Under the pieces are notes generated by a model that saw only the letters and a list, made by a program, of their open reading frames with translations, was not told where the DNA came from and ran no database searches. A stretch of 63,568 nucleotides of DNA, counting the filler, from Craspedostauros australis (taxonomy: Eukaryota): assembly GCA_030167865.1 (NCBI GenBank). It is 17 parts of 17 records of this genome, joined end to end, with 100 filler letters (N's around TTAATTAATTAA, not from the genome) between each part and the next. Parts side by side here need not be neighbours in the genome. Positions count along the whole stretch, not along the records: positions 60,456 to 63,568 come from JALAGF010002042.1; 16 more parts are not named here. One strand, given 5' to 3'. Position 1 is the first letter of the stretch; each line of letters begins with the position of its first letter. The translations under genes and the position numbers were made by a program. Positions 62,033 to 63,568 of the stretch are shown here, in pieces.

Positions 62033-63505
62033 ATGGCACCGTCAACAACTACCACGCCTCCGGCCACGAGAGCTCCAGCATCTCGCATCGTGAACAACAA
62101 GCGAGTTTTTGCGCTCGCCATTTCCATTTCCATCATAATCGCATTGGCAAATTGGAACTTCTCTTCGCATACAGTGAGATCTTTCCAAATCCTCGATGAT
62201 CTGGTGAGAGATGCCGTCGACACTCCCACCAAGGCAGCTGGAGATGATTCACATCCATACCGATGGACCCACAACATCACGGACTTTCCTGCCTTCATGT
62301 TACAGTGGCCAACTGATCCTTTCGAACCCGATGAGTGCGACATCCTCAACGCATCAATGCCGTACGTCTTCAACATAACCGACTATCCCAGATCATACAG
62401 TTTAGATGAAACCATAACCGCCCTTAACGGTAATCTTGCCAAAGCATGGGATCAAGTTGGCGGCATCACAAATGAAGCTAACCAGACAAACCATTCGGCG
62501 AATGGACAAACTCCCCACATGAAGGTTGAGACTGTTGCATGCGCAATGAGTTACTACTGGGAAGAGTGGCATTTTCCACATCTGATGCAGAATCTCGTGG
62601 CATGCTGGTCGTTGTGGCGGCACTTTCCAGACGCTCAGCATATCTTTGCTGTTGGCAACGGCTATAGAAAGCGCTACGGCAGTCTATCCCCGTATAATGT
62701 GGGGATTTTGAACCTGCTGCAGGCGCACAACATCAAATTCCAACGCAGGGGCCACGGTGTACTTATGGAAGACGTGAAGGGTGTTGACAGCCCTCTCATC
62801 ATTGGTCGTGCAAAAAGGGATGTATCAAGCGGCTTTCGAGTGGTCAACGAAGATGATATGCAGGACCTGAGGCACAGTTTCTTGTCGTTGCTGGGCATGG
62901 ATGAAACCGAACAAAGGTCATGCGGAGTGGTTTCTACATCCAACAGGCGTAACGTGTCACTCACAGGAACTACGACGAACGATGATTCAGTGGGTGGCGA
63001 TAGCTCAAACATCCATCAACCCCGCACGCCGCGGATCGTCATCATCAATCGCATGGGTGGGAGGCGAACGAAGGGGGCGCACAATGTCTCCATGATGTTG
63101 CAGGATGAACTTCGCCTTCCATACCGACCGCCTGTCGTGTTCCTTGAGGACATGTCATTGGAACAGCAAATAGAGGCCTTCTTCAACATCGATATTCTGT
63201 TGTCGCCGCACGGTGCGCAACTGACGTCAACCCCATTCATGCCTCGTTGCAGCTCAATGATCGAGGTGCTCCCATTTTCCTACGACTTGAACAGATTCTT
63301 TGGTACGCTGGCCGCACTGTCTGGCGTGAATCACTCGTACGTCTACCTTGGAGAGGATCCGGTTGGGGAAACACGTCTCGCCAAGGCCACACAACAACGA
63401 GGCATTGCCCAATCGAGTTTGCTGTGTGCACCTGCGCGTCCGGTGATCGATGCCGTGAAGATCCAGGTTGAGCAGTGGCAACGGTGCTGTGGATTCGTTG
63501 GGTGA
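62033..63505 (+). CDS. Glycosyltransferase family 61 (DUF563) type II membrane protein, 490 aa
   Basis: N-terminal TM VFALAISISIIIALANW, then HFPHLMQ, PRIVIINR..GRR and LEDMSLEQQIEAFFNIDILLSPHGAQLT..FMP..S.MIEVLP. Confidence 0.85.
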   Translation: MAPSTTTTPPATRAPASRIVNNKRVFALAISISIIIALANWNFSSHTVRSFQILDDLVRDAVDTPTKAAGDDSHPYRWTHNITDFPAFMLQWPTDPFEPDECDILNASMPYVFNITDYPRSYSLDETITALNGNLAKAWDQVGGITNEANQTNHSANGQTPHMKVETVACAMSYYWEEWHFPHLMQNLVACWSLWRHFPDAQHIFAVGNGYRKRYGSLSPYNVGILNLLQAHNIKFQRRGHGVLMEDVKGVDSPLIIGRAKRDVSSGFRVVNEDDMQDLRHSFLSLLGMDETEQRSCGVVSTSNRRNVSLTGTTTNDDSVGGDSSNIHQPRTPRIVIINRMGGRRTKGAHNVSMMLQDELRLPYRPPVVFLEDMSLEQQIEAFFNIDILLSPHGAQLTSTPFMPRCSSMIEVLPFSYDLNRFFGTLAALSGVNHSYVYLGEDPVGETRLAKATQQRGIAQSSLLCAPARPVIDAVKIQVEQWQRCCGFVG

Positions 63506-63568
63506 GAGGGTTCGTTGAGCAATGCGGTCTCTTTCTCTCTATCCTGGGAGCGCGCGACAACTGGGATG

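Overview
Eukaryotic nuclear DNA, most likely from a diatom (LHCX antenna protein, receptor-type cyclase/phosphodiesterases, HA-domain and type II membrane LRR proteins, short GT-AG introns). The window is not one locus: 17 contigs are joined by 16 artificial 100-nt spacers (N44-TTAATTAATTAA-N44), so adjacency across spacers says nothing about linkage. Recognisable content: an LHCX 3' fragment; a secreted protein with RXL/KxxK and Cys-rich repeats; four redundant fragments (two alleles) of one long type II pantothenate kinase; an HA-repeat protein; an EXD1/Egalitarian-like 3'-5' exonuclease with a KH domain; four receptor-type class III cyclase genes (three on one contig, A-C; one on the next, D); a SAM methyltransferase; a membrane-anchored TTL-like ligase; two tandem LRR genes with 72-nt exons; a decayed Ty3/Gypsy element; a Harbinger-like transposase fragment; LTR-like repeats with CpG decay; an ankyrin pseudogene; importin-alpha; and a GT61 glycosyltransferase. 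The most interesting signal is reciprocal catalytic degeneration among the cyclase paralogues. Gene A has lost the N/R/K cyclase residues but keeps an intact PDE. Gene D keeps N/R/K, has D-to-E at the first metal site, a dead PDE, an ~86-aa His/Asp/Glu extracellular repeat and a TPR-like tail. Gene B is an intact cyclase with no PDE. All family assignments are by motif recognition; no searches were run.
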